Positions 13,540 through 26,390 of a DNA stretch of 64,000 nt are shown here, in pieces. Position 1 is the first letter of the stretch, and each line of letters opens with the position of its first letter. The translations under genes and the position numbers were made by a program. The notes under the pieces are model-generated. The model made no database searches and had not been told where the DNA came from. It saw only the letters and a program-made list of their open reading frames with translations. The DNA is taken from NCBI RefSeq assembly GCF_006345805.1, contig NC_043020.1, positions 14,756,001 to 14,820,000 on the forward strand. Reading direction: 5' to 3'. The DNA is from Octopus sinensis (lineage: Eukaryota).

Positions 13540-13700
13540 GTTTTCTTAAGAGCCTCGGTCCCTTGTCATTTCCTCCATGAGCCCCATGGATCAGATCCAT
13601 GAGATCAGTCCTCACCACTTCATCGCATGTCTTCCTAGGTCTTCCACTTCCGCAGGTACCATCCACTACTGCATCTTTTGAGAAGATGTATGATTGACTT
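13540..13700 (-). mobile_element. RTE-clade LINE 3' remnant
   Basis: VDGTCGSGRPRKTCDEVVRTDL. Confidence 0.7.
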
Positions 13701-14034
13701 TGTGGAGGCACATGGCCTAGTGGTTAGAGCAGCGGACTCGCAGACGAGGGATCACAGGTTCGAATCTCAGACCGGGCGATGTGTGTGTTTATGAGCGAAT
13801 CACCTAAGCTCCACGTGGCTCCGGCAGAAGGTAATGGTGAACTTCTGCTGACTCTTTTGCCACAACTTTCTCTTACTCTTTCCTCCTGCATCTTCCAGCT
13901 CACCTACGACGGACCAGCATCCTCTCCAGGTGGGGAAACTATACGCCAATGAAACCAGCCCTATGAGCCAGGCATGGCTTGAGAAGGAACAAACAACAAT
14001 ATGATTGACTTTGAAACAGCCATGATGTCTCAGT

Positions 14035-14345
14035 AAGGACAAAAATAGATGTTTGTAAGTCAGTTGTCCTAACAACACTTTTATATGGAGCAGAGACCTG
14101 GATACCTTATCATAAGCACATCAGTCAACTGAACAGTTTACATTTGAGATATCTTATGAAAATATGCAAGGTCAGGTGAGATGATAGAGTAAAGCTTAGC
14201 CTTATCCTGGGAATGTGTGGAATACTCAGTATAGAAGGTTTCTTAATCAAGTCTTAGATACAGTGGTGTGGACTCATCCTTCACATGAATAATGGTTGAA
14301 TAGCAAAACAAATTATTTATGGGTCAGCTTGTAAATTCACAATGC
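14035..14345 (+). mobile_element. RTE/BovB-like LINE remnant
   Basis: Translation VVLTTLLYGAETWIPY...HLRYL...QWCG. Confidence 0.75.
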
Positions 14346-15604
14346 CAGCTATTTCTATGGTATACTCTTTTACTCTTTTACTTGTTTCAGTCATTTGACT
14401 GTGGCCATGCTGGAGCACCGCATTTAGTCAAGCAAATCGACCCCAGGACTTATTCTTTGTAAGCCTAGTCCTTATTCTATCAGTCACTTTTGCCGAACTG
14501 CTAAGTTACGGGGATGTAAACACACCAGCATCGGTTGTTAAGCAATGCTGGAGGGACAAACACATACACAAATTACCTTCGAATTTGTAGTTATATATAT
14601 ATATATATATCATAATCATCATCATCATCATCATCGTTTAACGTCCGTTTTCCGCGCTAGCACGGGTTGGACGGTTTGACCGGAGTCTGGGAAGCCAGGG
14701 GCTGCACCAGGCTCCAGTCTGATCTGGCAGAGTTTCTACAGCTGGATGCCCTTCCTAACGCCAACCACTCCGCGAGTGTAATGGGTGCTTTTTATATATA
14801 TATATATATACATACATATATATGATGGGCTTCTTTTAGTTTCTGTCTACTAAATATAGTAGAAGACACTTGCCCAAGGTGCCACGCAGTGGGACTGAAC
14901 CCAGAACCATGTCGTTCATAAGCAAGACTTACCACAGAGCCACTCCTACGCCTATAAGTACAAATTCTAATGTAATTTGAAATGCCTACATATTAAGAAA
15001 GAAAACATTGAGAATATTGTAGGAAATTGTGCAAACTTCAGGAAAGATTGCTTTTTCCAGCTTAAAAATTTTGAAATTCAAAAAGCACTTCATCAAGAGC
15101 AGTTCCTGGAAAATAGTAAAAGAAACCAGCAGAACAACAGTCTTCCTGCAAGCCACCATTGTCTAAATTGAGATTTCTCAGCTAGATCATGTGCTGGTTT
15201 TAATAAGTCATGTTCATGTCCATATTGCTTTTGGTGGCCTGAGGACTTGTATGAGGAGTCACCAGGTGAAGTGAATGAATTGTAAACATTGGTGAATAGT
15301 AGTAATTGTAATGTGAGCATATTGTTCATTGTCTATTTGGTTGGAATTTTTTTTTTTTTACTGTCTTCTCATATGTTGTCTTCAACAGGAGAGTCTGTCA
15401 CACACACACACACACACACATTCACTCACTCGCACACACATACACACACACACATATACACACACATATTTATACGTATACATACATATATATACACATG
15501 TGTATATATCTTTATACATATGTCCAACCCATGCTAGCATGGAAAGCGGACGCTAAACGATGATGATGATGATATAAATGTATATTACATATACATACAC
15601 ACAT

Positions 15605-16479
<875 letters not shown>

Positions 16480-16480
16480 T

Positions 16481-16530
<50 letters not shown>

Positions 16531-16874
16531 CAATAAGAAAATGGAGGGGATCAATAGGTGGTTCATCAACTTTTAGACATTATATTATGTCAATTTATTT
16601 ATTTATTTACTAAAATGACAATTAGAAGAATATACATACATGTATAGGATATCATGCTTTACATATCAAATATATTAATATATAAGATACCAAAATTATC
16701 TCTTTACTTTCACCCATTTAGTACACTGGGTAATGTAATTGCAATGCAATAAAAATCACTTGTGTATTAATCATTGGGTATTCTACCAGCAGTATATTGG
16801 ATAGATATTATCCCTTAGTTGGTTGGATTCACAACCTCTAACTTTCTTGGAAATATATATATATATATATATAG

Positions 16875-17215
16875 TTAATCCAAACAAGAAAGCACAAAAA
16901 AACACAACAACGCAAGGACATGGAACAAATATAGTATTATTAGATGCTCAGGAAAGAAGGAAAGAAGGAGGGTTTAACGTTTCGAGCAGAGCTCTTCATT
17001 GGAAACATAGGAGAAGGAAAGATCCAGAGAAGGGAAGACAGAGGAAAAAAATCGCCAACGATACACACGTGGCTTACATATTTATTGGCTGATCTCATTC
17101 GGTTACTTGTACCACTTAACACATGTTTGTTACCATCTAATAAATAGATATAATGGAATGTTTACTGGCATATGTTTGTCGATTTTATATCCTCTCCATT
17201 TTCTTATCTGCTTTA
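16875..17215 (-). mobile_element. Penelope-like remnant with a degenerate hammerhead (core CCAAUGA)
   Basis: Minus strand GUUU-CCAAUGA-A-GAGC-UCU-GCUC-GAAAC-GUU|AAAC at ~16972-17006. Confidence 0.45.
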
Positions 17216-17723
17216 CACACACACACACACACACACTCACACAAACACGCATATATAAGGCGGCGAGCTGGCAGACACGTTAGCGCGCCGGGTGAAATGC
17301 TTAGCGGTATTTCGTCTGCCGCTATGTTCTGAGTTCAAATTCCGCCCAGGTTGACTTTGCCTTTCATCCTTTCGGGGTCGATAAATTAAGTACCAGTTAC
17401 GCACTGGGGTCGATGTAATCGACTTAATCCGTTTGTCTGTCCTTGTTTGTCCCCTCTGTGTTTGGCCCCTTGTGGGTAGTAAAGAAATATATATATGCGC
17501 GTTTATATTATTATTGTGTTGAGATTTATTGATACTAATGACCAATAGTTAGAACTCCAATATATGTCTGCTTTTGAGTGAAGAGAGAAATATTAATAAT
17601 TGAATGACAGGAGAACAGGTGTCATGCAATCACCCTCAAAACTGATTTTGTGACTCTTGTTCTTTCGTCATTCATTCATATATATATTACTATATTAGAA
17701 TATATACATATATATATATATAT

Positions 17724-18532
17724 ATGCATGCATGTATGCATGTATGTATGTATGTATGTATGTATGTATGTATGTATGTATGTATGTATGTATGTATGTA
17801 TGTTTGTATGTATGTATGTATGTATGTATGTATGTATGTATGTATGTATGTATGCATGTATGTATGTATGTATGTATGTATGTATGTATGTATGTATGTT
17901 TGTATGTATGTATATATGAATGAATGTATGTATGTATGTATGTATGTATGTATGTTGTATGTATGTATGTATGTATGTATGTATGTATGTTTGTTTGTAT
18001 GTATGTATGCATGTATGTATGCATGCATGTATGTATGTTTGTATGTATGTATGTATGTATGTATGTATGTATGTTTGTATGTATGTATATATGAATGTAT
18101 GTATGTATGTATGTATGTATGTATGTATGTATGTATGCATGTATATATGAATGTATGTATGTATGTATGTATGTATGTCGCGCGATTAAACCATTGGGAG
18201 TGAAGGACTCCTAGCCTTTGTTAGGGCATTCTTCTAGGAGAAGGTAACTTAGGTAACTGGGATAACTCCGACATAAAACCTGCGGCTCAGTGGTTACCGA
18301 TGATGTTGACTTGTTCTTCTTTTCAGATTATGGCTGATGTTGCTTAGTGAGTGGGATTGAATCTGTGCACAGCCTTTCCTCACTTAAAAAAAAATCTTCT
18401 TGCACAGGCATTGCACAATAACAACATTTATTAAGCTTCGTGCAATGGCCATACTCGATAACGAGGGGGCAGCCACCATGTATGTATGTAAGTATGTATG
18501 TATGTATGTATATGTGTATGTATGTATGTATG

Positions 18533-18566
<34 letters not shown>

Positions 18567-18770
18567 TGCATGCATGTATGCATGTATGCATGTATGTATG
18601 TATGTATGTTTGTATGTATGTGTGTATGTATGTATGTATGTATGCATGCATACAGACCCATGGATGCGCACGTATGCACATACGCACACACACATACACA
18701 CTTACGTATGCGCACATACACACATATACACACCCACGCATGCACACATACACGCTCACACACACACACG
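17724..18770. repeat. (TATG)n arrays 17724-18177 and 18478-18660 plus a CA-rich tail
   Basis: Direct inspection. Confidence 0.95.
18178..18480 (+). mobile_element. Probable RTE-type 5'-UTR-derived repeat embedded in the (TATG)n array
   Basis: ctaggagaaggtaact...ccgacataaaacc resembles RTE 5'-UTR motifs as I recall them; the unique island is bounded by microsatellite on both sides. Confidence 0.35.
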
Positions 18771-18944
18771 AGTGTGTTGTCTATTTTGGTTGAATTTTTG
18801 TTGTCTTCTCACGGAACACTCACACATTGTCTTCGATGGAAGAATCCATCATATATATGTGTGTATGTGTGTATGTGCATGTGTGTATAGATACATGCAC
18901 ATGCTCATACACAGAAACTGAAGCTGTTGTCGTTCACAACAACC

Positions 18945-19338
18945 TAAGATGTGTGGAAGCACTCCGTCGGTTACGACGACGAGGGTTCCGGTTGATCCGA
19001 ATCAACGGAACAGCCTGCTCGTGAAATTAACGTGTAAGTGGCTGAGCACTCCACAGACACGTGTACCCTTAACATAGTTCTCGGGGATATTCAGCGTGAT
19101 ACAGAGAGTGACAAGGCCGGCCCTTTGAAATACAGGTACAACAGAAACAGGAAGTAAGAGTGAGAGAAAGTTGTGGTGAAAGAGCACAGCAGGGATCACC
19201 ACCATCCCCTGCCGGAGCCGCGTGGAGCTTTAGGTGTTTTCGCTCAATAAACACTCACAACGCCCGCTCTGGGAATCGAAACCGCGATCCTATGACCGCG
19301 AGTCCACTGCCCTAACCACTGGGCCATTGCGCCTCCAC
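18945..19338 (-). mobile_element. tRNA-derived SINE (families D/E); related copies at 13705-14000(+), 10860-11165(-), 20520-20720(+), 37312-37635(-) and 43520-44070(-)
   Basis: Head GTGGAGGCGCAATGGCCCAGTGGTTAG (A box) ... GGTTTCGATTCCC (B box); no CCA/acceptor-stem closure, so not a tRNA gene. Confidence 0.8.
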
Positions 19339-19429
19339 ACCTAAGATGTATAATACAATAGAAAAGATGAAGCTGGCAAACTGGCAGAATTGTTCGCATG
19401 CTGGGCAAGGATGTGAGTACATATATATA

Positions 19430-20321
19430 TTGGGTCAACCCATAAATAATGCAGTTTTTTCAATTGCATGAACTAAAAGTCGGAGCGGGGATGGGATAAA
19501 CTACCTGCATCAACTTGCTGTAAAAGCAGGTAGTAATTTTACCTTGTATTTATTCTTAGTGCAAGTTTTGAAGAGTGCAGTTCGATTTTAACAGTTATTT
19601 TATCAAAGCTATAATGGAATTGACAAAGGAGCATATGCAACATATTTTGCTTTATGAGTTCAATAAAAGTAACAACGCAATGGAAAGTGCAAGGAATATC
19701 AATGCAGTATATGGGGATTGGACAATAAGCATAAGCCAGTGTCAATAGTGGTTTCAGAAATTCCAAGCTGGAAACAACAGCCTAGTAGAGCCTCATTCTG
19801 GAAGATCTATAGAGTTCAACAAGGACATCCTGCAAACCCTGGTTGAACAAAATCCCATTGTAACTGTTGAGAAACTAGCAGAGAAGCTTGGATTTGGTCA
19901 TTCAACTTGTCATTCAAGTAAACGCTAGAAGAAAAATGACCATCTTTGGTTTCAAGATGAAAGGTGTTCTTCCATCAAGATAATGCTTGGCCACAAACAG
20001 CGAAGATGACATTCCAAAGGCTGGAGCATATTCACTGGACATTGCCCATTCAGATTATCATTTATTCCACAGTTTTCAAAATCATTTGGACGGAAAAAAT
20101 ATGAATTCTGTAGACGAGGTCAGAACAATACTGGAGAAGTATTTTTCATCATGAACAAGTGAATTTTGGAAGAGGAGCCTTGCAAGTCTACCAGATAAAT
20201 GGAAAAGCATTGTAGAAAATGAAGGGGAGTATATTTTAGATAAAAAAAGGAACTTTGCTTCTTTTAATTTTGAAATATAAAAGAAGTATAAATAGACTGC
20301 ATTATTTATGGGATGACCCAA
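19430..20321 (+). mobile_element. Internally deleted mariner element
   Basis: TIRs ttgggtcaacccataaataatgcagt / actgcattatttatgggatgacccaa; TA target duplication; decayed HTH transposase (MELTKEHMQHILLYEFNK...). Confidence 0.9.
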
Positions 20322-20399
20322 TATATACTCACATACTTATCTACATACACACACACACACACACAACACACACACATATATATATACACATGTATTTAA

Positions 20400-20430
<31 letters not shown>

Positions 20431-20845
20431 TGTGTGTGTGTAAAAGGTGGTCAGTTGGTAGAGAATCGGACAAAATAATTTACAATAATTAGTTATATCT
20501 CTTTACATTCTGAGCTCAAATACTATGGCTCAGCAGTTAAGACATCAGGCTCACAATCATGAGGTAGTGAGTTCAATTCCCAAACCAGGCTGGGAATGAG
20601 TGAGGATGCTGGTATGCATGGGTGACTGCTGGTTTTCTATAAACAACCTTGCCCGAGCTTGGGCCTCAGAGGGTAACTTTCTAGGTGCAATCCCATGGTC
20701 ATTCATGACCGAAGTGGGTCTTTACTTTATTTCTGGGGTCAGTAAAATCCAGTGTTGCTTGCCAACATCATAAATAACAGTGAGCCAGTCCTTGGCCTCA
20801 TTTCAAACTGGAGATGTTGTTGTTCACAGTAATATAATATATATA

Positions 20846-21246
20846 ACTTGCAGTATCGCCCGGCGTTGCTCGGGTTTGTAAGGGAAATAACTATATAAGC
20901 ATTTTTAGAGAGTTATAGCCAAAAAATAGCAAAAAAATGCATTAAAAATGGAAAAAAAATTATGGTAAATTTTTTTTTAAATCGCTGACTCATCGTAGAC
21001 ATTTTTAGAGAGTTACTTCCCTTTTTTTAATAGCGAAAAAATGCATTAAAATGGAAAATAATGATGGTAAATTTTTTTTTAAATCGTAGACTCATCGTAG
21101 ACGTGCGCTAATACCTAGAAGGGCTCGATATGAATCACGACTATAAGATACCCGGTTTTGGTTAAACTGCACCGCAAAATGTGGGAGTAGTTAGGAATCT
21201 AAATCGTAGGAGACAGACACACAACTTCACTTTTATATATAAAGAT
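20846..21246 (+). mobile_element. HINE-like element, copy 2, with an internal ~110-bp duplication
   Basis: Same termini as copy 1; the catttttagagagtta...ctcatcgtagac block occurs twice. Confidence 0.65.
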
Positions 21247-21929
21247 ATAATAGAAAAGATAAAAGCTGTGAGCAAGCAAGATGCTGAGTGTCTATCTCTA
21301 CGTTCTGAGTTCAAATTCTACTGAAGTTCACTTTGCCTTTCATACTGTCAGGTTTGATAAAATAAGTACCAGTTGAGCACTGGGGTCGATTTAATCAACT
21401 TGGCTCCCACCTGCAAAACTGCAGGCCTTGTGCCAAATTTTGAAACCAATATAATAGAAAACATATAAATACTAGGGGGTGATATGATAAAATACCTCTC
21501 CATGCCCCGCCACAAAATGTCTGGTCATGTGTCCAAGTCTATCTCCACGCTGAGAATACTTCTTTTTTGCAACAAGCTACTCAATCATCCTTAATCCACT
21601 TAATTGTCAAAAGTGTGGGGTGGGTGGAGTTAATGTGGATCTGACAGGAAATTGAGGCTAAAATGTTTTGTAATAAAAAGATTGAATTGTCTGAAAGGGG
21701 AAAGAAAGGAAAGGAAGGATAGTGAAAAAGCTAATGATATAGATGAAAGCAGATTTGAATTTAATATGATGCTGGTGTTGTGGGTTAGCAACAAATCAAT
21801 CCTGACTGAACAGACCTATTACCAAAGGCAATCCAAACATGACCATCTCAGCTTTTTTCCCAAATGTAGTGTAACTGTATGTAACAATTATATTTCAGTC
21901 TCTGATATTGTTTGGATACTCTGACTGGT

Positions 21930-22440
21930 TCTCCTGAAGGAAGAGAGTATGGCTATTTGAACACAAATCTCTTTTGTCCAAAGTGCATCAGTTCAAATTT
22001 ACCCTCATTTAACAGCTTGTAGTTTCTGTTCATCCATTAACATACAACATGGAGATCAGACCAGAGTTTGGAGTTTTCTTCAATCTTCTCCATTGACAAG
22101 TTTATGAAGCTTTGAGTCATCTGCAAATATTTGATTTTACTGTGCTTGATAACACTCATCATGTCACATAGATAGACTATAAAGAGAAGGGAACCAGCAC
22201 AATCCCTTGTGGAACGCCACCAGGGACTTTTTCTGTGTTTGAATGGATTCTTTCTAACACATGTTGGGTTCTCTTAGTAGGGAAATACTTAATCCAGTGG
22301 AGCAGTTTACCATGAATTCCAATATTGGATAATTTGAACAAGAGGTTGTTGTGGTCAGCTCTGTCAAAGGCATTGCTGAAATCAAGATATCTAACATGCT
22401 TCAGCCCTCCTCCAAAACTTTAAGGATATCACCAATGTGA
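21930..22440 (-). mobile_element. CR1/L2 reverse-transcriptase remnant
   Basis: Decayed GVPQG and FADDSKL motifs on the minus strand. Confidence 0.65.
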
Positions 22441-22500
22441 TGCAAAAGCTGAGGAAAGCATATTTATATGTATGTGTGCATGTGCATGTGTGTGTATGTA

Positions 22501-22901
22501 CTTACTTGTACTTGTGGCGACATTCACCCTGGGCGGGTTGAGTCGGCTTCTTCTACCACCCTCGAGGCATCTTGAGCCATGGCGGGGGAAGAAGTTTAGT
22601 AGGAATATGAATTTCACAAGCGGTCCCCAACAATCCCGCATGTAGAGACATCCTGTTTGCCGCAGATTGTCCGCAGACGCAGGGACAGAACGATCGAGGA
22701 GCCGCCGGTTGCCGAAACAGACACTCCGAGGATTCTCACCAGAGCCCCGTCTGCCGGGTTGTGGCCCTAATACCACTCGGTGTCAGACCAATCCGCCTTG
22801 GGTGGCCCTACCAGGAACCGAAGTTCCCGATGGCATAGCTCTGACACTACCCATTGCCAGTGTCCCTACCACGGTGAGGAGGGGATGGACTTTGGGGACA
22901 C
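22501..22901 (-). mobile_element. Short non-autonomous RTE-clade-like retroelement (structured 5' end joined to ORF C-terminus and repeat tail)
   Basis: GC-rich 400-bp island; ends MAQDASRVVEEADSTRPG* followed by an ACAAGTACAAGTAAG tail; 11/12 flanking direct repeat tgtgtgtatgta (22489-22500) / tgtgtctatgta (22902-22913). Confidence 0.55.
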
Positions 22902-23548
22902 TGTGTCTATGTATGAGTATGTATACATGAGTGTGTATATATATATCATCATCATCATCATCATCATCATCGTTTAACGTCCGTTCTCCATGCTAGCATG
23001 GGTTGGACGGTTCGACCGGGGATCTGGGAAGCCAGAAGGCTGCACCAGGCTCCAGTCTTATCTGGCAGTGTTTCTACAGCTGGATGCCCTTCCTAACGCC
23101 AACCACTCCGTGAGTGTAGTGGGTGCTTTTTACGTGCCACCTGCACAGGTGCCAGGTGAGGCTGGCAACGGCCACGGTCGGATTGGTGTATTTTATGTGC
23201 CACCGGCACGGAAGCCAGACGAGGCGGTGCTGGCATCGGCCACGAGTCGGATATATATATATATATATACACATACACACGTGTGTGTGTGTGTATATAT
23301 ACATATACACATACATGCATGTATATACATATTTATATTTGTAACATGCATATACAGGTTGTGATGGATAAATTGTCACCATTTTATATTTTTAATTTCG
23401 TGCATACACAGTTTGTTTTTGATTTTGTTGACTACACAGTATAGTAGGGTCAGTTGTATGTGTATATGTATTTGTATATGCATGCATATATTTGTATATA
23501 TGTATATATATATATCTATATATATTGTGTGCGTGTGTGAATATATAT

Positions 23549-23589
<41 letters not shown>

Positions 23590-24046
23590 AAACTTGATTT
23601 CGAAACGTACGTCCGTAGGTGACTTAAAATTGTATGATGGATTGCCGTCATTTCATTCTCTCTTGCCTGTCTGTGTTTGCCTTTCAAGTGCTGTGTTTTT
23701 ACTGAGATCCCCCTTTTAGTAGAAAGAATAGCTATAACTCTTTGACTGCTATTTCTAAATTCGGTGTGTGGTAAGGCAATTCGTTGCTAAACCCTTAATT
23801 GCTTAGTATTACTATATATATATATATACATACATACATATATCTAATGCAGGATAAAAATTTTTCGAAAAAAATTCTATCAGTGGCCAGCATATTAAAA
23901 AATACCTTTAAAGGTTAAATTCATCAACAATTTATAAGTAAGGGCAAAAGAAAAAATTTCTAATGCCAAAATATGTGTCTATTTTCAGCATTGAAAATTT
24001 TTTCTTTTGCCCTTACTTATAAATATATATATATATATATATATAC

Positions 24047-25400
24047 ATACAGGGTGCAGTGAATAGATTATCATCTAAATCACTTCGCAAAAATGAAAAC
24101 AACACTGACATTTTAACAGATATATATTTAACAAAATTACATAAAAATATCTTGAAATACTAAAGAGTAAATTTATTCAATAAAATCACCATTGGCTTCA
24201 ACCATGGCTTCCAGACGACTTCAGATTCTCCTGCAACTCTTCTGGATTGTCTCCTTGTTTAAGTTGGTGAATGCTGCCATAATCCTTGCCTGCAGTTCAA
24301 AGGAGTTTTGTTGGTCTCTCACTCAACTGTACTATACGAGGTTGCAGTGTGGTGAGTTAGGGGGCGAGATGTTAGGGGTGATGTGGTTGCAGAAATTGTC
24401 TGATAGCCATGACTGGGTTCTCCTGCTTGTGTGACATGGTGCAGAGTCCTGTTGCAAGACAATAAGGTCTTCCAGCAGCCACCCTCTTGACTCAGAGCAA
24501 TACCTATTTTTTTATTACCCACAAGGGGCTAAACACAGAGGGGACAAACAAGGACAGACATAGGTATTAAGTCGATTACATCGACCCCAGTGCGTAACTG
24601 GTACTTAATTTATCACCCCGAAAGGATGAAAGGCAAAGTCGACCTCAGCGGAATTTGAACTCACAGCGTAACGCAGACGAAATACCGCTAAGCATTTCGC
24701 CCGGCGTGCTAACGTTTCTGCCAGACTCAGAGCAATACCACCTCCTCCAGACACTTGATGTAGGTCTCCATGTTGAGTTTGAGGCTGTGTGGGAAGATGA
24801 ATGGAGGCATTACTTTGCCATCACTAGTGATCACTCCAAACACCATGATGTTGACCAGATGTTTGATTTTTATCACTCTTGGTACATGTTTTGGGAACAT
24901 GACAAGCCAACAGTTGTTCTCTGTGTTCACCATCTGATTCTGGCAGAAATTTTTCTCGTCTGAGAAAAACCAAAGCATCTTCGGTTGGAGGGGATGCTTG
25001 AGTTTGTTCAGAAGCTTTGTAGTGTAGCCTTTCTTCTTTTCCTCAATGGCTTGGGATAAAAATTGGCCCTTTCTTGTCTTGTATGAGGAATACCGAATGT
25101 CTTTATGCATTACTTGCCTGATAAGAAGCTCAGATACTTCCATGTCCATAGCAATGGATCTGATTGACTTGGAGGGATCGTTGTCAATCATGGCCTGGAT
25201 CTCCCCAGCAAATTCTTTTTTATCAGAACAATCAGGGTGAGTTTTCTAAGCTGCTGTACCTTTGTAATTACCATTAGACTCATCCAACTCCTTCCAAATT
25301 CTCTGCACTGTCCTCTATATCATGCCCTGTCACCGGCAGTTCCTGGATTATATTAAACACAATACTTCTTCATCCATTTTCTGACTGCAATGATGCTATC
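24047..25400 (-). mobile_element. Tc1-like transposon remnant interrupted by a SINE
   Basis: ORF 24727..25191 with WFFSDEKNF and IMVFGVITSDG catalytic-domain segments; tacagggtgc TIR-like end at 24047. Confidence 0.8.
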
Positions 25401-25555
25401 ACGGCCTCTTCTAGCAGTTCAATGCTCTTGGGAATTAGCCTGTGTTGTGATGAGAGTTATGATGCCCCCTTGCAAGAGATAGACTGGTCTTCTACTATAG
25501 CCTTGGGCCAACCAAGCCTTGTGAGTGGATTTGGTAGATGGAAACTGAAAGAAGC

Positions 25556-25603
<48 letters not shown>

Positions 25604-25859
25604 TGTATGTACATGTTTGTGTGTCTGTGTCTGCACCCCCTCCCCAACATTGCTTGAGAATAAGTACTAGGCTTACAAAGAATAATTTCTAGGGTCGATT
25701 TGCTTGACTAAAGGTGGTGCTCCAGCATGGCCACAGTCAAATGACTGAAACAAATAAATGAATAAAAGAATGCAAGTTAGTTGAAAAAAAAATGAGGAGT
25801 TGAATTTGTTTCCTTGGGTTTTGGAAAGGGGATATTTTGGGAGTGGTTATTTGACGTTT

Positions 25860-26390
25860 CTGGAAAGTTTGCCACAGACATTTTTGCCGCAGGAAAATTC
25901 ACCTAAGGATTTTTAACCGTAGGAAAGTTCGCTGCGTAGGAAATTTTGCTGTGAGACAATTTCACTGAAAAAAATGAAGAATTGCCCCCTTGGTATGTTA
26001 TTGTTTCAACCACAATGTATCTATTATATTATTAGGGCAAAGCTACGGGGTGGGGTGTTGGGTGCAAAAGATATTTTCAAAAAAAAAAATTCTGCTTATA
26101 TAAAAAGTAATAACAATATAAATATGATAACATTTACAAAGAACAAAAACAAAAAAACAAAAATCAGTTAAATCTAAAACAGAATTATAAAAAAAAATAT
26201 ATATATATATTTAAAAAGCAATTTTTTTCAGAGCTGCAATTTCTCTAAATCAGGTTGCTTGCCATATCTTTGAATTGATCTATATGGTGAAATTATCTAT
26301 ATTGTGAAATTTCTTATACAACAAAGTTTCCATACAGCGAGTTTTCCTGCGGCCAAAATGTTTACATTGAATATTCCTAGAACTGTTATT
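25860..26390. mobile_element. Non-autonomous DNA element with repeated inverted sub-terminal motifs
   Basis: ttttgccgcaggaaaattc (25882) vs gagttttcctgcggccaaaa (26340); multiple gtgaaat(t) sub-repeats. Confidence 0.45.

Noticed and set aside
13705-13785. tRNA-like sequences with A and B boxes (also 19260-19338, 11095-11165, 37580-37635)
   Set aside because: SINE heads continuing into repeat bodies, with no closed acceptor stem.
14977-15329. Exon-like unique sequence (LKNFEIQKALHQEQFLENSK on +; GTALDEVLFEFQNF* on -)
   Set aside because: No recognisable domain and no phase-consistent neighbouring exon; retained only as context in the 15682-16420 finding.
18327-18346. Possible + strand 20-nt microexon (cag|ATTATGGCTGATGTTGCTTA|gtgagt; MADVA)
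   Set aside because: The splice signals are good, but it lies inside what appears to be a repeat-derived island and I found no compatible partner exons. RNA-seq would settle it.
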